This document shows, piece after piece, positions 39,931 to 50,949 of a stretch of DNA of 64,000 nt. The notes below the pieces were generated by a model. The model saw nothing but the letters and a program-made list of their open reading frames with translations, did no database searches and was not told where the DNA came from. Positions within the stretch are counted from its first letter, which is position 1; every line of letters starts with the position of its first letter. Source of the stretch: Methanomassiliicoccaceae archaeon (lineage in GTDB: Archaea; Thermoplasmatota; Thermoplasmata; Methanomassiliicoccales; Methanomassiliicoccaceae); the NCBI GenBank assembly GCA_963728405.1, contig CAVSJV010000003.1:64001-128000 (forward strand). The letters are read 5' to 3'. Position numbers and translations under genes: made by a program.

Positions 39931-41035
39931 TCAGCGGACCGTCACCTCCTTAACGAGAGGGGGGCTGACCGCCTGCCCGTTCTTGGTCAGGGTGAATATG
40001 AAGAGATAATGGCCGGCCTGATGGAAGGTGATGTATCCACTGCCTTCCGGTTGCCATACGCCCCTGGTCCAAGCGTCCCATGCCCCGCCGCCATAGGTTA
40101 GCTCCTTCCCGGTGGGGGTCATCGCCGCATTACCCGTTAGCCTGGTATTCCCCTCCCCGATCCAGTTGGTATAGAAGACCGAGTTGTACCCGTTCTCCCA
40201 TGCCGACACCACCGAGGTGCGTTCCAGGTCGCCCCTGGTCGACGTTCAAGGCGCCGGTGTTGTACTTCGCAAGGTCACCGCCCACGACCATGCCCTCGGG
40301 GTTGATCACCGAGATCGTCCAATTGTAGAACGAGGTCCAGTTCTCGGTCGCCCGCCACAGGTCCGTGGTAGAGGCCGAGATGGTGAAGTTCATCTCTTCG
40401 CCCACGGCGAGCGAGTCAAGCCATCCGGAGGTGGATCGAACGCCAAGACTAGGCATGTCGAAGAGGCAGGCAGGCTCGACCACGGAGACATCGATAGCAC
40501 TTGACCTGTCCGTCAGGTCCCCGTTCGTTGCATTGTTGGGGATCGCTTCCAGCGAGAAGTCACCTGCTCGGCTGAAGCTTATCATGATCAGAGTACCATT
40601 GGGGCTACACGAGGCCGCCTCGTCGCCTCCCGGCAGTGTCCCATGTACACCCTGGGAGTCCTCCACCATTTCCCAAGGCAGTGATAGCCCATCCGGTCGG
40701 AGAGTCCTTACCTGGACGTCCGAGCGGTTCGCCCCGTCTACGTACAGAGCATTGGAGAAGGTCGTACCGTTCGTTCGATCGTCGTTCAGCTGCAGGAAGA
40801 GCGGCTGACCGACCAGGAACGGCCCGTCGCCCCCGGTGAGATCGTTCCGAATGAACAGCTGTTGCTGCCCTTCAACGCTCTCCGATGCTCCCTTATCTGT
40901 TGTTCGGTCCAATGCGGACGCTGGGCCCTGACCCATTGGTGCTGCTGCCACGATTACGGCGAGCGTGATCATAGCAACCGAGACCAGAAGAATAACGGTG
41001 ATTTTTTTATTCCTCAATCCATCCCCGCAAACCAC
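39931..41035 (-). CDS. Secreted/cell-surface beta-rich protein; extra G at ~40233
   Basis: Signal-like KKITVILLVSVAM; several N-x-S/T sequons; frames join as NVDQGDLERTSVVSAWENG. Confidence 0.65.
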
Positions 41036-41101
41036 GTGGCAGCCTATCCTAGATAAGGGTGCGGATTGGAGCCACCATCCGGTTGGATGAGCCGTTCGCG
41101 C

Positions 41102-42019
41102 TCATTCCCTAAGCCGCAACAACGCAGCCAGGTTCCGGGGGAAGATGGTGAGGTCCAACCCCATCGACTTGAGCTTGCTCCCCATCGAGGCCGCCTCGTC
41201 CCCGCTGAACTTGCCATCCAGGAGATAGGCGGTCTCCTCTTCCGAGAACTCCCCCCTCACCTCGGCCCATCCCTGAACCCCCTTATTGTAAGGGCACACC
41301 CTCTGGCAGCGCATGCATCCGACGATGGCGTTGTGCGTCCCAGGGTCCACCCAGCTCGGGAAGGCCATGCCGGACCCTTTCTCATTAAGGTATGACAAGC
41401 ACTTTTCTGCCCTCAAGAGGAAACGGCCCTCGGAGATCGCGCCGGTCGGGCAGGCCTGCAGGCAAGCTTGGCAGGTCTCGCACCCCTCCATCAGCTTTCT
41501 CTCCTGCCACTGGTCCTCCTTGCAGGGCAGGTCGGTGAAGAACGCGGTCAGGCGGTGAGAGCTGCCGAACTTCGATAGGTAGGTGATGTTGTTGCGGCCG
41601 TAGCTAACTAGGCCGCTATGGGCAGCCAGGGTCTTGAGGGGCAGCCGAGCCTTGACGAAACGGTAGGATTCCGGCAGCAGGACCTTGTTCAAGATGGAGA
41701 TCGCCTGGGCATCGACCTCGGCGGCGTCGGCATAGGTCGGCGGGACGGTCAGCGGTATCTCCCTGCCCTTCCATCGGAAGATCGTGATGATGACCGGCTG
41801 GGGCTTCGCCACCACGATGAGGGACCGAGCGTCCGGAAGCTCCGACGGAAGCTGGTACTCGAAGTTGGCCAGGCCCTCTTGGTAGAACGATGGATCGAAC
41901 AGGCCGTCACGGTGCAATCTCTCGACGTCCTCCCTCAGCGCTTCCAGATGACCGACGGAGATCATCCGGGCAAAGCAACCGCTGCTCAGCATCTGCTCGT
42001 GGAATTTTAGTAGCTCCAT
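41102..42019 (-). CDS. QueG-like 4Fe-4S dicluster protein
   Basis: ARSLIV, LPLKTLA..SGL..YGRN, CETCQACLQACP, GCMRCQRVCP. Confidence 0.85.
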   Translation of the reverse strand: MELLKFHEQMLSSGCFARMISVGHLEALREDVERLHRDGLFDPSFYQEGLANFEYQLPSELPDARSLIVVAKPQPVIITIFRWKGREIPLTVPPTYADAAEVDAQAISILNKVLLPESYRFVKARLPLKTLAAHSGLVSYGRNNITYLSKFGSSHRLTAFFTDLPCKEDQWQERKLMEGCETCQACLQACPTGAISEGRFLLRAEKCLSYLNEKGSGMAFPSWVDPGTHNAIVGCMRCQRVCPYNKGVQGWAEVRGEFSEEETAYLLDGKFSGDEAASMGSKLKSMGLDLTIFPRNLAALLRLRE

Positions 42020-42322
42020 ACTTTCCCCTACCTTTTACCGCAGGCCATTTGGTCATTATCATCGCTGGACATAATCCCTGCGGTCGAATGTACTGCGTGA
42101 GAACATGCCCCCCACCATGAAGGGGGTGCGGATCACTTGGAGAGGTGGACGGCGTAATGAGATTTTGCGGAGACATGCGGCTTGGCCCGTCTCGACCTCG
42201 CTAACCGACATCTGGCCTCGACGCTCGATTCAGCATCGACCTCATTTCTATTCGTATGAGCACGAGATGATACCCAAAGCATCAAGAACGGCCTGCTCAA
42301 TGTAGTAGAACTGGTGATAACA

Positions 42323-42868
42323 ATGGAGAGGTACAACTTGCTGGTGACCTTCCATCCCAACCAAGCAGGGCTCGCGGAGCGGGAGGTCCGGAAACGGGTC
42401 GAGGAAGTCGGAGGTCGGGTAGAGGAGATCGAAAGGTCGAGCGTCGATGGTGTGTTCTGTGTTAAACTAGCGGGAGATGCCAAGGAGGCAGTAAGGTCGA
42501 TCCACTTGGAGTTCCAAGAGACCCCCGAGATGCTCACCCATACCTATCACTGGGTCCCCATCGACACATGGGTGGAGGCCGACGATGAGGTCATGATCGA
42601 TACGGTCAAGGATCTGGCCCAGGGGATCGGCGAGAACGAGAAATGGATGATGCATGTGCATAAACGCCACCATCCAAAACACTCTGAGGAGCTGATGCTG
42701 ACCCTGACCGGTCCGCTAAGGAAAGGGAAGGTGGACCTGAAGCATCCGGAGAAGATCATCGCCGTAGAAGTGCTCGGAGGGCTGGCCGGCATAGCGCTCC
42801 TAGAGAAGGACGAGCTCATCAACGTCAACAAGATGAGACAGGAAATTGGACTGACCCAGATAATCTGA
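42323..42868 (+). CDS. THUMP-domain protein
   Basis: WVPIDTWV, VHKRH, KVDLKHPEKIIAVEVLG. Confidence 0.8.
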   Translation: MERYNLLVTFHPNQAGLAEREVRKRVEEVGGRVEEIERSSVDGVFCVKLAGDAKEAVRSIHLEFQETPEMLTHTYHWVPIDTWVEADDEVMIDTVKDLAQGIGENEKWMMHVHKRHHPKHSEELMLTLTGPLRKGKVDLKHPEKIIAVEVLGGLAGIALLEKDELINVNKMRQEIGLTQII

Positions 42869-42950
42869 TAACATCCGAGCACAAACCTCCAGCATGACCG
42901 AGTTGGCGGAGGTTAGCGTGAGCGTTTGGTCTTTTATTTACCTGGTCGTT

Positions 42951-43193
42951 TCATCCTTCCCTTAGCATCGATTTGATCTCCTCGACACTAGGCACGCCGC
43001 CGGTGGACTTGACCTCGCCATTGATGAACAGTACTGGGACACGCATTATGCCCCGCCGCTTGATCTCCTCGATGTCGGTGATCCTGATGACCTCATTGTC
43101 AAGATCCAGCTCCTGCAAGGCTACCTCCACATTCCTCTCCAGCCGCTTGCATTTGGCGCACCCTATCACTAGGACCTCGATCTTCATGGCCAT
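42951..43193 (-). CDS. Small redox-active disulfide protein (MTH895/thioredoxin_3 family)
   Basis: KIEVL.IGCAKC, GIMRVPVLFINGEVKSTG. Confidence 0.9.
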   Translation of the reverse strand: MAMKIEVLVIGCAKCKRLERNVEVALQELDLDNEVIRITDIEEIKRRGIMRVPVLFINGEVKSTGGVPSVEEIKSMLREG

Positions 43194-43401
43194 CTCCTAC
43201 TTCCTTCGCCGTTGTTATGCCTTTGGGCTGAAATAAAGATTCACGAATCCGACCGTGTTCATCCGCCCATTGGCCATTTTCATACGGCCCCCTGGTGGTG
43301 TGACATGCCAAGGTAGGGGAGTTTTCCTGGGCTTATTCGGACTACCCGGCCCGGTACCGTGATGGGCAAATAGCTCGCCGTGGGTTGTAACATGGATTGC
43401 A

Positions 43402-44566
43402 ATGAACCTCACCGACCTATCCCGGCGGCGGCTCTGTGATCAGGGGGTCTCCTGCCCCCGCTCCAAGACGCCGGGAGAGGCAGTATCCTGGCTAGGAGCG
43501 GTCCAGGCCCAAGACCGGCCTAGCTCATTATGGGCGATCGGCCTGCGGGTTCCGTCCTCGTCGGTAGAGGATGTCGAAAAGGCGGTTGCAGAAAGAGAGA
43601 TCGTCCGTACCTGGCTGATGCGGGGAACGCTCCATTTCGCTGCGGTCGACGACGTCGCGCTGGATGCTCCGCCTCCTAGCCCCTCGCCTGATCGCGGGAA
43701 GCAAACGAAGGGATGAACAGCTCCGGCTGGACGATCGGGTCTACGCTCGCAGCAATGAGCTGTTCACTGATGCGCTTCAGGGCGGAGGGCTGCTCATCCG
43801 CCAGGAGATGATGGACGTTCTGGAGGGAGGCGGCATCTCTCCAGCAGGGCAGCGGGGCTATCACATCCTGTGGCACCTGGCACTGACCGGGCTCATCTGT
43901 TTCGGCCCGATGAGAGGGAAGCAGCCGACCTTTGCTCTTCTCAATGAATGGTTGCCCCCGGGGAAAGAAATGACCCCGGAAGAGGCACTTGAGGAGCTGG
44001 CCAGGAGATACTTCAAGAGCCACGGTCCATCTCAGTTGCGAGATTTCACATGGTGGTCCGGCCTGCCGACCTCGGATGCACGGGCAGGTCTCGATGGGGC
44101 CAAACCCGAGCTCGTCGAGGAGACGCTCGATGGAAAGACATACTGGTCCGGTCCGCCCGGCCCACAGAGCAAAGGAGACAATACGGCCGTCCACATTCTG
44201 CCTGGCTACGATGAGTACATCATCGGTTACCGGGACCGTAGCGCCGTGCTCGATGAACGGCACTCCGGGAAGGTGCTATCGGACAACGGGATTTTCTACC
44301 CTACCATCTTGATCGATGGGCAAGCGCAAGGCACATGGAGGGTCACAAAGAGGAAACACATGCTCACGATCGAAGCGAGACCGTTCACCCCATTAAGCAA
44401 GGCCGAGGTCCGTTCTCTGGAGCGGGCTGCTGCGCGTTACGGCGACTTCATGGGCCTACCTATCGCGATAGATGTCCGGCAGAGATCGGCCAGGGGGCTG
44501 GGCGCTCCAGTTCATCCGCCGTCTCGGTCGAACCTCCCACCATTTAAGTCTTATTGGCTCAGATAG
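43402..44566 (+). CDS. AlkZ/YcaQ-like winged-helix DNA glycosylase (HTH_42); +1 frameshift at ~43657
   Basis: GAVQAQD, RTWLMRGTLH, HGPS..DF.WWSGL, LPGYDEY. Confidence 0.85.
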
Positions 44567-44590
44567 ACGCAGAACGGTGGAAGCTTGGGC

Positions 44591-45493
44591 ATGGTCACCA
44601 GGGTGGAGGACGTCAGGAGGGGATGGGGTAGCAGAAAGGTCCTGGCCATCCTTCGCATGTCCCGTCCCACCATACTGCTAGCCGCAGTAATGGCAAATTT
44701 GGCCGGACTGGCGATGGCCTATAACGCCATAGGTGCGCTGGACCTGGGGGCAGCGGCCTTGAGCATGACGGTCCTACTGCTGGCCACCACGATGGGGCAC
44801 TTCCTCAACGAGTATGCCGACGTGGATACCGACTCGCTCACCAGGCGCACCCCGATCTCGGGAGGCAGCGGGGTCCTGCCCTCCGGGGCCGTCTCTCCCT
44901 ACTGGGCCCTGCTGGGAGCGTACTGTTGCGGCCTCGGATCGCTTTTGATCACGATCTCCGGCCTCCTGGTAGGGATCCTGAGCATTAGTTACCTGACCAT
45001 GGTACTGGTCGCGATCGTCCTAGGCTATTGCTATTCCATGCCTCCGCTGCGCCTGGAGAGAAGGGGCTGGGGAGAGCTGGACAATGCGTTCCTGGGGACG
45101 CTGATGTTCTTCAGTGGCTATCTGCCTCAGACGGGGACCCTATCTCTGACCGCGGCCGTCCGGTCCTTGCCCATTTTTCTTGCGATAATGGTCAATCTGA
45201 TCGGGGTCCACTGGTCCGACCGGGTGGCGGACGAGGCGGTAGGAAAGAGGACCTTGGTCGTACGCTTCGGTGAAAGGTCCTTGTTGCTATTTCCGGCACT
45301 GCTGGTGATCGCCTACGCGGCGGTCCTGGTCTTCCATCGTGCGTTCCCGGTCGAACTGCTCGCCGCTTACGCTCTTACCATCCCCGTGGCGGTCTGGGCC
45401 TATTGGGAGTTCAGGCGCACCAGGAGCCCCTATCCGGGGTCCACATTCATGGTCGTGGTGCTGCTCGCGAACCTGGTCGGTTGGTCGCTATGA
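44591..45493 (+). CDS. UbiA-family prenyltransferase (MenA-like)
   Basis: NEYADVDTD, SGGSGVL, YSMPPLRL, DRVADEAVGKRTL. Confidence 0.88.
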   Translation: MVTRVEDVRRGWGSRKVLAILRMSRPTILLAAVMANLAGLAMAYNAIGALDLGAAALSMTVLLLATTMGHFLNEYADVDTDSLTRRTPISGGSGVLPSGAVSPYWALLGAYCCGLGSLLITISGLLVGILSISYLTMVLVAIVLGYCYSMPPLRLERRGWGELDNAFLGTLMFFSGYLPQTGTLSLTAAVRSLPIFLAIMVNLIGVHWSDRVADEAVGKRTLVVRFGERSLLLFPALLVIAYAAVLVFHRAFPVELLAAYALTIPVAVWAYWEFRRTRSPYPGSTFMVVVLLANLVGWSL

Positions 45494-45551
45494 TGGGGCT
45501 GAGCGCCTCGACGTCGAACTGGCGGATCGACCGCCCGCCGATAATGTCCGG

Positions 45552-46245
45552 TCAGCGGTAATATCGCCCATAGATCCTTTCCGGTTCCCAGCCGATCAGG
45601 TACCAGTAATGGCACTTGACGATCACCCAGAGATGACCGAGGACACCATGGCGACGGAAGGCGTCCCAGCTGGTGACCACCTTCTTCGAGGAGATCTTGA
45701 CCACTCCACTTTTTCTCATTTGCTGGGACAGCCTCACGTCCCTCGAATATGGGAACGTCCATCACATCAAGGCACTCTCGGAGCATCCCGGACCGGACGA
45801 ACATGGCCCGATCGCCCCAGATGTGACCGGTAAGATCTAGCCAGATGTCGGAAAGCAGTGCCATGGCCTTCATGCTCACCTGAAGGGTGTCGAACGAAAG
45901 GGAGAAGGCCCCACCCACGATCCTGCGGTCCCCGAGCATTTCCCGAACCTCCTGTTCCCATCCGTCTGGGAGAGCCGTGTCGGAGTGCAGGAAAAGGACC
46001 GCCTCCCCACGCGCTTCCCTCGCTCCCCGGACCAGGGCGTGCCCCCTTCCGACACGATGAGAGGTGACGACCCGTTCGTTGTAACGAGGAGGTAGGTCTA
46101 GGTCCTCCGCCTCCCCGTTCAGGACAATTATAAGCTCCACCCCCCTGCGATCGGCCATCTCGTCCTGGATCCGCTGGATGGGGAGATCGACACGGTGGAC
46201 CGGGACCACCACCGAGATCGTTCCCTGGAATGGACGATCGCCCAT
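45552..46245 (-). CDS. GT2 glycosyltransferase, TIGR04283-like; extra G at ~45741
   Basis: ISVVVP, LFLHSDT, WGDRAMFV, PIFEDVRLS, VVTS. Confidence 0.8.
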
Positions 46246-46915
46246 CTACCGACCCGCCAGGCCAATGTCATTCAGGAACGCCATGGTCCGTGACTTTCGA
46301 AAGAGCGGGTTCCTCTCGCTCCGCACCAACTCCTGAACATCGCTCACCGTGTCCACATCCCGGCCAGGGGCGGAGACGATGAATGTCGAGATGGCTCATT
46401 CTTGCAATTGTGTCAGCAAACGCCCTTGGAGTGCTCCAGGCGATACCTCGGAACGCATCCCGGCAGAAAGAGCCACGACGAAAACCGATGAGATAGTAGC
46501 CTCCGTCAGGAGACGGTCCGATCACGGCATCGCTGCTGTCCAGGGATCCCATGGCCTCCACGATCACCTCCTTCGTTATGTCCGGCACGTCACTGGCCAG
46601 GACCACCACCTTCTCCTCGCCCCGGGAGAAGGCGTCCACGAAGGTGTTCATTAACCTCTCGGGATGATCCTGCCCCCTCTGGGGAAAGTAGTCCCACGAA
46701 AAACCCAGCCACTCCTGCAGGTGAACCAACGAGCCAGGCGGGAAAAAGGAGACCGACCGCCGGATGTTCACATCATCCAAGGTGGACCAGATATCCATGA
46801 TGAAGTTACGGTATAGTTCCACTGCCACCTCATCGCCGAGCAGGCGGCCCAGGCGCACCTTGACCTCGCCCTTCTGGGGGTACTTGAGCAACAGGATGAT
46901 CTGAGATCGGTCCAT
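46246..46915 (-). CDS. TIGR04282-like (CofC/GT-A fold) transferase; extra G at ~46360
   Basis: KYPQKGEVKVRL, VIGPSPDGGYYLIG, IAWST, DVDT. Confidence 0.85.
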
Positions 46916-46928
46916 TCCTCACCCGTTG

Positions 46929-47996
46929 CTACTCCAGGGCCCCGCCACAGGACGAGCCTTGCCCGGCCGTACAGCCGAAACAATGGTCTCCGGTGACGAT
47001 CCTTCTGCCGACCAGAGCGTCGAGATCGAAGTCCGTGATGTGATGCCTGCCTTCCACTGGCAGGCCAGAGGCCAGATTGAAGTCGCAATCATACAGCATC
47101 CCATCCGGCCCGATGTCGATCTGGGACCGGCACATCAGATGGTCGACGGTCCTTGGATTATAGGACGACCGAAGCAGTTCGTTGTACTTCTCTAGTGCTC
47201 CCTTCTGCTGAAGCCAATCACGGAAACGCCCCACCGGCATGTTGGCGATCGTCAGAAGGTCATTGAAAACGATCCCAAAGTCTGTGCCTAGGATATCGCG
47301 GTATCTGGTCTGCAGGGCCTTCTGCTCCCCGGGAAGGAAATCGGCTTCAGGATTGAAGACCAGGTCCAGGACCAGATCGCGGTCCTTTCCATATCCCAAC
47401 CCATTAAGGCGTTGAAGGACGCGGATGCTCTTGTCGAAGACGCCGTCCCCCCGTACCGAATCCACCTCCGGCCGATAGAAACAGGGAAGGGAGGCCACGA
47501 GCTTGACCCCGGAATCTCGATAGAACGACATCGTCCGTTCCATCTCTTTCTCCTCCAGGACGGTGAGATTGGTCCGGACCTGCACCTGGTGCCCGTCGTC
47601 CTTCAGCGACTGGACCAGCCAGGCCATGTTGGGGTTATACTCCGGCGCACCTCCAGTTATGTCCACCAATCGCGGCCTAATGCCCGCTGCGACGTTCAAT
47701 ATCTCTTCCATCGTCCCCCGGCCCATCATCTCGGCCCTATCTGGGGAAGCTCGGATGTGGCAGTGGGTGCAGGCCTGGTTGCACTTGAACCCTACATTCA
47801 CCTGGACAGTGCTAATTCCGGTCGCTCGTAACGGCTGACCGAGCTGCTCCTCCATCGTTTCATCGAACTTACCTATCCCATGACCCCCTGGAATGTCCGC
47901 TCTTCTTTCGGGCACAGGGCGTTGATAAGGATTTCCATCAGGTCGTGCTGGGATGGTTGACCTTGGCCACAAGTTCCAAGGGAGATCGTTCTTCAA
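46929..47996 (-). CDS. arsS: Arsenosugar-biosynthesis radical SAM protein (TIGR04167-like); true start uncertain, probably near 47855-47880
   Basis: VQVNVGFKCNQACTHCH, DITGGAPE, ASLPC, NMPVGRF, YDCDFN, HCFGCTAGQGSSCGGAL. Confidence 0.88.
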   Translation of the reverse strand: MKNDLPWNLWPRSTIPARPDGNPYQRPVPERRADIPGGHGIGKFDETMEEQLGQPLRATGISTVQVNVGFKCNQACTHCHIRASPDRAEMMGRGTMEEILNVAAGIRPRLVDITGGAPEYNPNMAWLVQSLKDDGHQVQVRTNLTVLEEKEMERTMSFYRDSGVKLVASLPCFYRPEVDSVRGDGVFDKSIRVLQRLNGLGYGKDRDLVLDLVFNPEADFLPGEQKALQTRYRDILGTDFGIVFNDLLTIANMPVGRFRDWLQQKGALEKYNELLRSSYNPRTVDHLMCRSQIDIGPDGMLYDCDFNLASGLPVEGRHHITDFDLDALVGRRIVTGDHCFGCTAGQGSSCGGALE

Positions 47997-48020
47997 GAAA
48001 GTTGAACAATGTCGATAGAC

Positions 48021-48524
48021 CTAGGACGGCTCTGCGATCTGGGCCACGAACGCCTCCACCAGGTCCTGCCAACCCTCTTCCAGTGGTCCCTTCAGGTTCT
48101 CAGGTTGAACGAAGACGTTCATCTCTGCCACCTTTACCATGCCCTTGGCCTTTAATTGTTCATCGATCATTGGAATGGTGTGGCGCAATTTCTCTAACTC
48201 TTCTTCCGATGGCATCTTTCCGGTCCTCTTATCAGGTCTGGCTGCGCTGCACGTGGCGAAGGCCGCATATCTTGCCCCTGATGGTAAGGTCAGCTTCTTC
48301 AGGAAGCGGACCATGCTCCCCGTCGCCTTCCCGAAATGCGTCGGCGAGCCGAAGATGTACAGGTCGGCCGGCGGCAGGTCCTTCGGGCTCACCTCTCTGA
48401 TGTGGTGAATGTTGACCTCGTTGCCCTTGGCCATCATAAGCCTCTTGAACTCTTCTGCCACCCTCGCCCCGTTCCCGTACTTCGAGGCGTGATAAAGTTC
48501 GACCTTCATTCTGACATCAACCAT
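48021..48524 (-). CDS. Flavodoxin-like protein
   Basis: YHASKYGNG, IFGSPTH. Confidence 0.85.
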   Translation of the reverse strand: MVDVRMKVELYHASKYGNGARVAEEFKRLMMAKGNEVNIHHIREVSPKDLPPADLYIFGSPTHFGKATGSMVRFLKKLTLPSGARYAAFATCSAARPDKRTGKMPSEEELEKLRHTIPMIDEQLKAKGMVKVAEMNVFVQPENLKGPLEEGWQDLVEAFVAQIAEPS

Positions 48525-49343
48525 CGTATGACAATTACGCCGTAAAAATGATTTGTGAACAGATCGGATGACTAAGGAAGCTTGAAAAGAGTGCCCGATC
48601 CAGACGAACTAAAGCCCGTTTTTGAACCAACCGACCAGAATGACTGGGCTCAGGTCCGGACTTGGTAGGATCCCGCCACGGAAACCTTCTGGCCGAGGCC
48701 AAAACCCCTGAATCGAGCGCAACGAACGATGGCCCCCTTACCTTTTCCTGGGAACTCACCAAGATATCCCAAGCACCAAGGGTCTGGCTGAACCGGGCCA
48801 GTTGGGGCACATCCGACGAGTCCTGGCACTAGGTGGTCGGAGTCGAAAAGTAGGTCGGCGAGATCAAAGGTGCTGGACGGGGGTCGTGGGTTCGGTAACG
48901 CCCATTAAGATGGCCGCCTAAGGCAACTACGCCCCCGGTTACTTTTAGAGCGATAACCAGTTTTGGTCCAAAAATGGCATCGAGGTGCTTCTGCCCGATG
49001 CGCCTGATGGTGAATTCTTCGTATTGCGGCCCTAAACCGGCCATTGGGACAAAGGAGTATCATGAATGCCGACCACCCCAACGTCGGCAGAAACCTGACC
49101 TCCCATCGCGACGATTACCAGACCCACCTGGCCGACCCTGTGCCTAGCACCGGTCATGCTCATGGCCAGGCATGCCAGCGACCACAAGAACTAAGGATGA
49201 ACAGAACCAACATTCAGACAAATCACAGGTAGGCAACACTATCTGAGAGAGAACTTAAAAAATGTGACAGACCTTGGTTATGCTGCCATGGAGGCCACGA
49301 GCAGCCTGGCCGCCCTTTGGGGGGGGGGGCGCTCTAAAAAATT

Positions 49344-49926
49344 TTAGGGTTTTGTTCTCATCCCATGGCGTATCCACCAGATGAGTCCTAGAGCCATTGG
49401 TATTCCGATGATGATTAAAACCCAGATCAGAGCGGTGAGCATAGAATACACGAGATAATCAAATGTCCAGGTTGCAAAAGCGACGTTCCAGTTCCCGTCA
49501 AGTAGTATCTTGATGCAGAACGCAATAAAAACTAGTATTGATATTGCATTTCCACCGTTTGTCGTGCGCGAGCGAGGGCCAAAGAAGCGATATCCTTCCT
49601 TTTCCTCATTGGGTAATTTCTTCCACCATTGCTAAACTACTGCGGCTGCTAAAATTACCGGGACTCCGATTAAGAGGACTTCCCAGAAGATCAGATTTAA
49701 TAAGAAAGTCACTAAATTTCCCATTGCCCATAGGCCTAAGGTCGTAGGTACCATACCGGTTGATTGAGCATTACCTATGAACCATAAGAAGACAAGAATT
49801 GCGCCTATCGATGCCAAAACAGCCCCCACTACGAATAAAACAAACACCTTCCGATGTTTTCTCAAGAATTTCTTCCAGCTCTCGGGGCCATTTTCTGAAC
49901 CAACCCCCTTTCTTGTTTTTCTTCAT
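49344..49926 (-). CDS. Low-GC multi-TM membrane protein with an in-frame TAG (49632-49634) and a probable extra base in the G5 run near 49906; pseudogene or readthrough
   Basis: Gene-like frame continues for 95 codons past the TAG (QWWKKLP...GIPMALGLIWWIR) to TAA. Confidence 0.65.
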
Positions 49927-50009
49927 CGCTCAATGGATACAGTGGTGTCGAGGAGATGTCGCACCGGCGGTCGACGCCACCGTGTCTTCGGATTGGGGGA
50001 ACGGTCCGC

Positions 50010-50519
50010 CTAGTACACGAACGGGATCAGCTTCTTGCTGCTCCTTATGTAGTCCTCATACTCGGCCCCGAACCGTCCGATGAGCATCCTCTCCTCCAGC
50101 TTGATCCGGTGCAGGAGGTAGGGCACGATAAGGAGCATGACCAGGAACCCGAGTATGCTGGACAGCATAACCGGAAAGCCCAGGAAGAGCAGGATGGCCC
50201 CGAGGTACGCGGGATGGCGGATCCACCGGTAGATGCCTTTCTTGACCAGGGTGTGGTCGTCCCTGATGCGCAGGCGGCCGGAGAAGTTCTTCTTCAACGT
50301 GGCGATGGCCACGAACCTGATGACCAGGCCCAGCACGATCATTCCCAGGCCTACCGACAAAAGTACCAGGTTGATGCCTGAGAGCGATCCGACCTTAATG
50401 ACCTGGCCGTTACCGGCCGCTATGCCAGTAGGGTCCAATGCGGACACCAATAGGCCAAGCCCAATGATGATGAACAGCCCCACCATGAAGAGGGGGCTCT
50501 CGTAACGCTTTTTCTCCAT
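50010..50519 (-). CDS. Isoprenylcysteine carboxyl methyltransferase / PEMT family membrane protein
   Basis: HTLVKKGIYRWIRHPAYLG, EERML..FG.EY..Y. Confidence 0.9.
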   Translation of the reverse strand: MEKKRYESPLFMVGLFIIIGLGLLVSALDPTGIAAGNGQVIKVGSLSGINLVLLSVGLGMIVLGLVIRFVAIATLKKNFSGRLRIRDDHTLVKKGIYRWIRHPAYLGAILLFLGFPVMLSSILGFLVMLLIVPYLLHRIKLEERMLIGRFGAEYEDYIRSSKKLIPFVY

Positions 50520-50686
50520 CGCCCGGGAATTTCCGAACGGGCTAATAAGGCTATCCTGCGCTCAAAAACCGGGGGGTCTGGGCGGGCGCTCACCTAACCA
50601 TCCTGGATTCCCAAGAAGTAAGTGTTTCTCGAGCTGCTGTTGTCAACCTTGAGTTCGTTAATGGAAGAGTTGAACCGAGGTATTTT

Positions 50687-50775
50687 ACATGCCCCGGATT
50701 GTGCAAGTTCTCGAGCTAGCATCTTTGATTGTCAGCTCAATCAAAGGAAAATTGCACCTAGGCATCAAACCCTTT
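50687..50775 (+). repeat. Diverged direct repeat, copy 1
   Basis: Ungapped 89-nt alignment to 52175-52263, 64/89 identical by manual count. Confidence 0.75.
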
Positions 50776-50949
50776 CATTATCTTTACTAGCTAGTGGGTC
50801 TGACCGGCCCCATCTTTCGACTAATGGCCAATTTTGAAAACCCTCCCCCCAACGAAAGGCTGACTGGACGATGTCCATCGCAGGGTTATTATCGCAGAAA
50901 TTCTAAAAACAGCAAGTTATAATTACTTTTGAACAACCTGCATTCCGAG

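Noticed and set aside
48530-49300. Short ORFs in the gap upstream of the flavodoxin gene
   Set aside because: No recognisable motifs; probably decayed sequence
49319-49345. tRNA-Pyl-like CTCTAAA and a long G run
   Set aside because: No cloverleaf; it sits at the 3' end of a gene and the homopolymer length is unreliable
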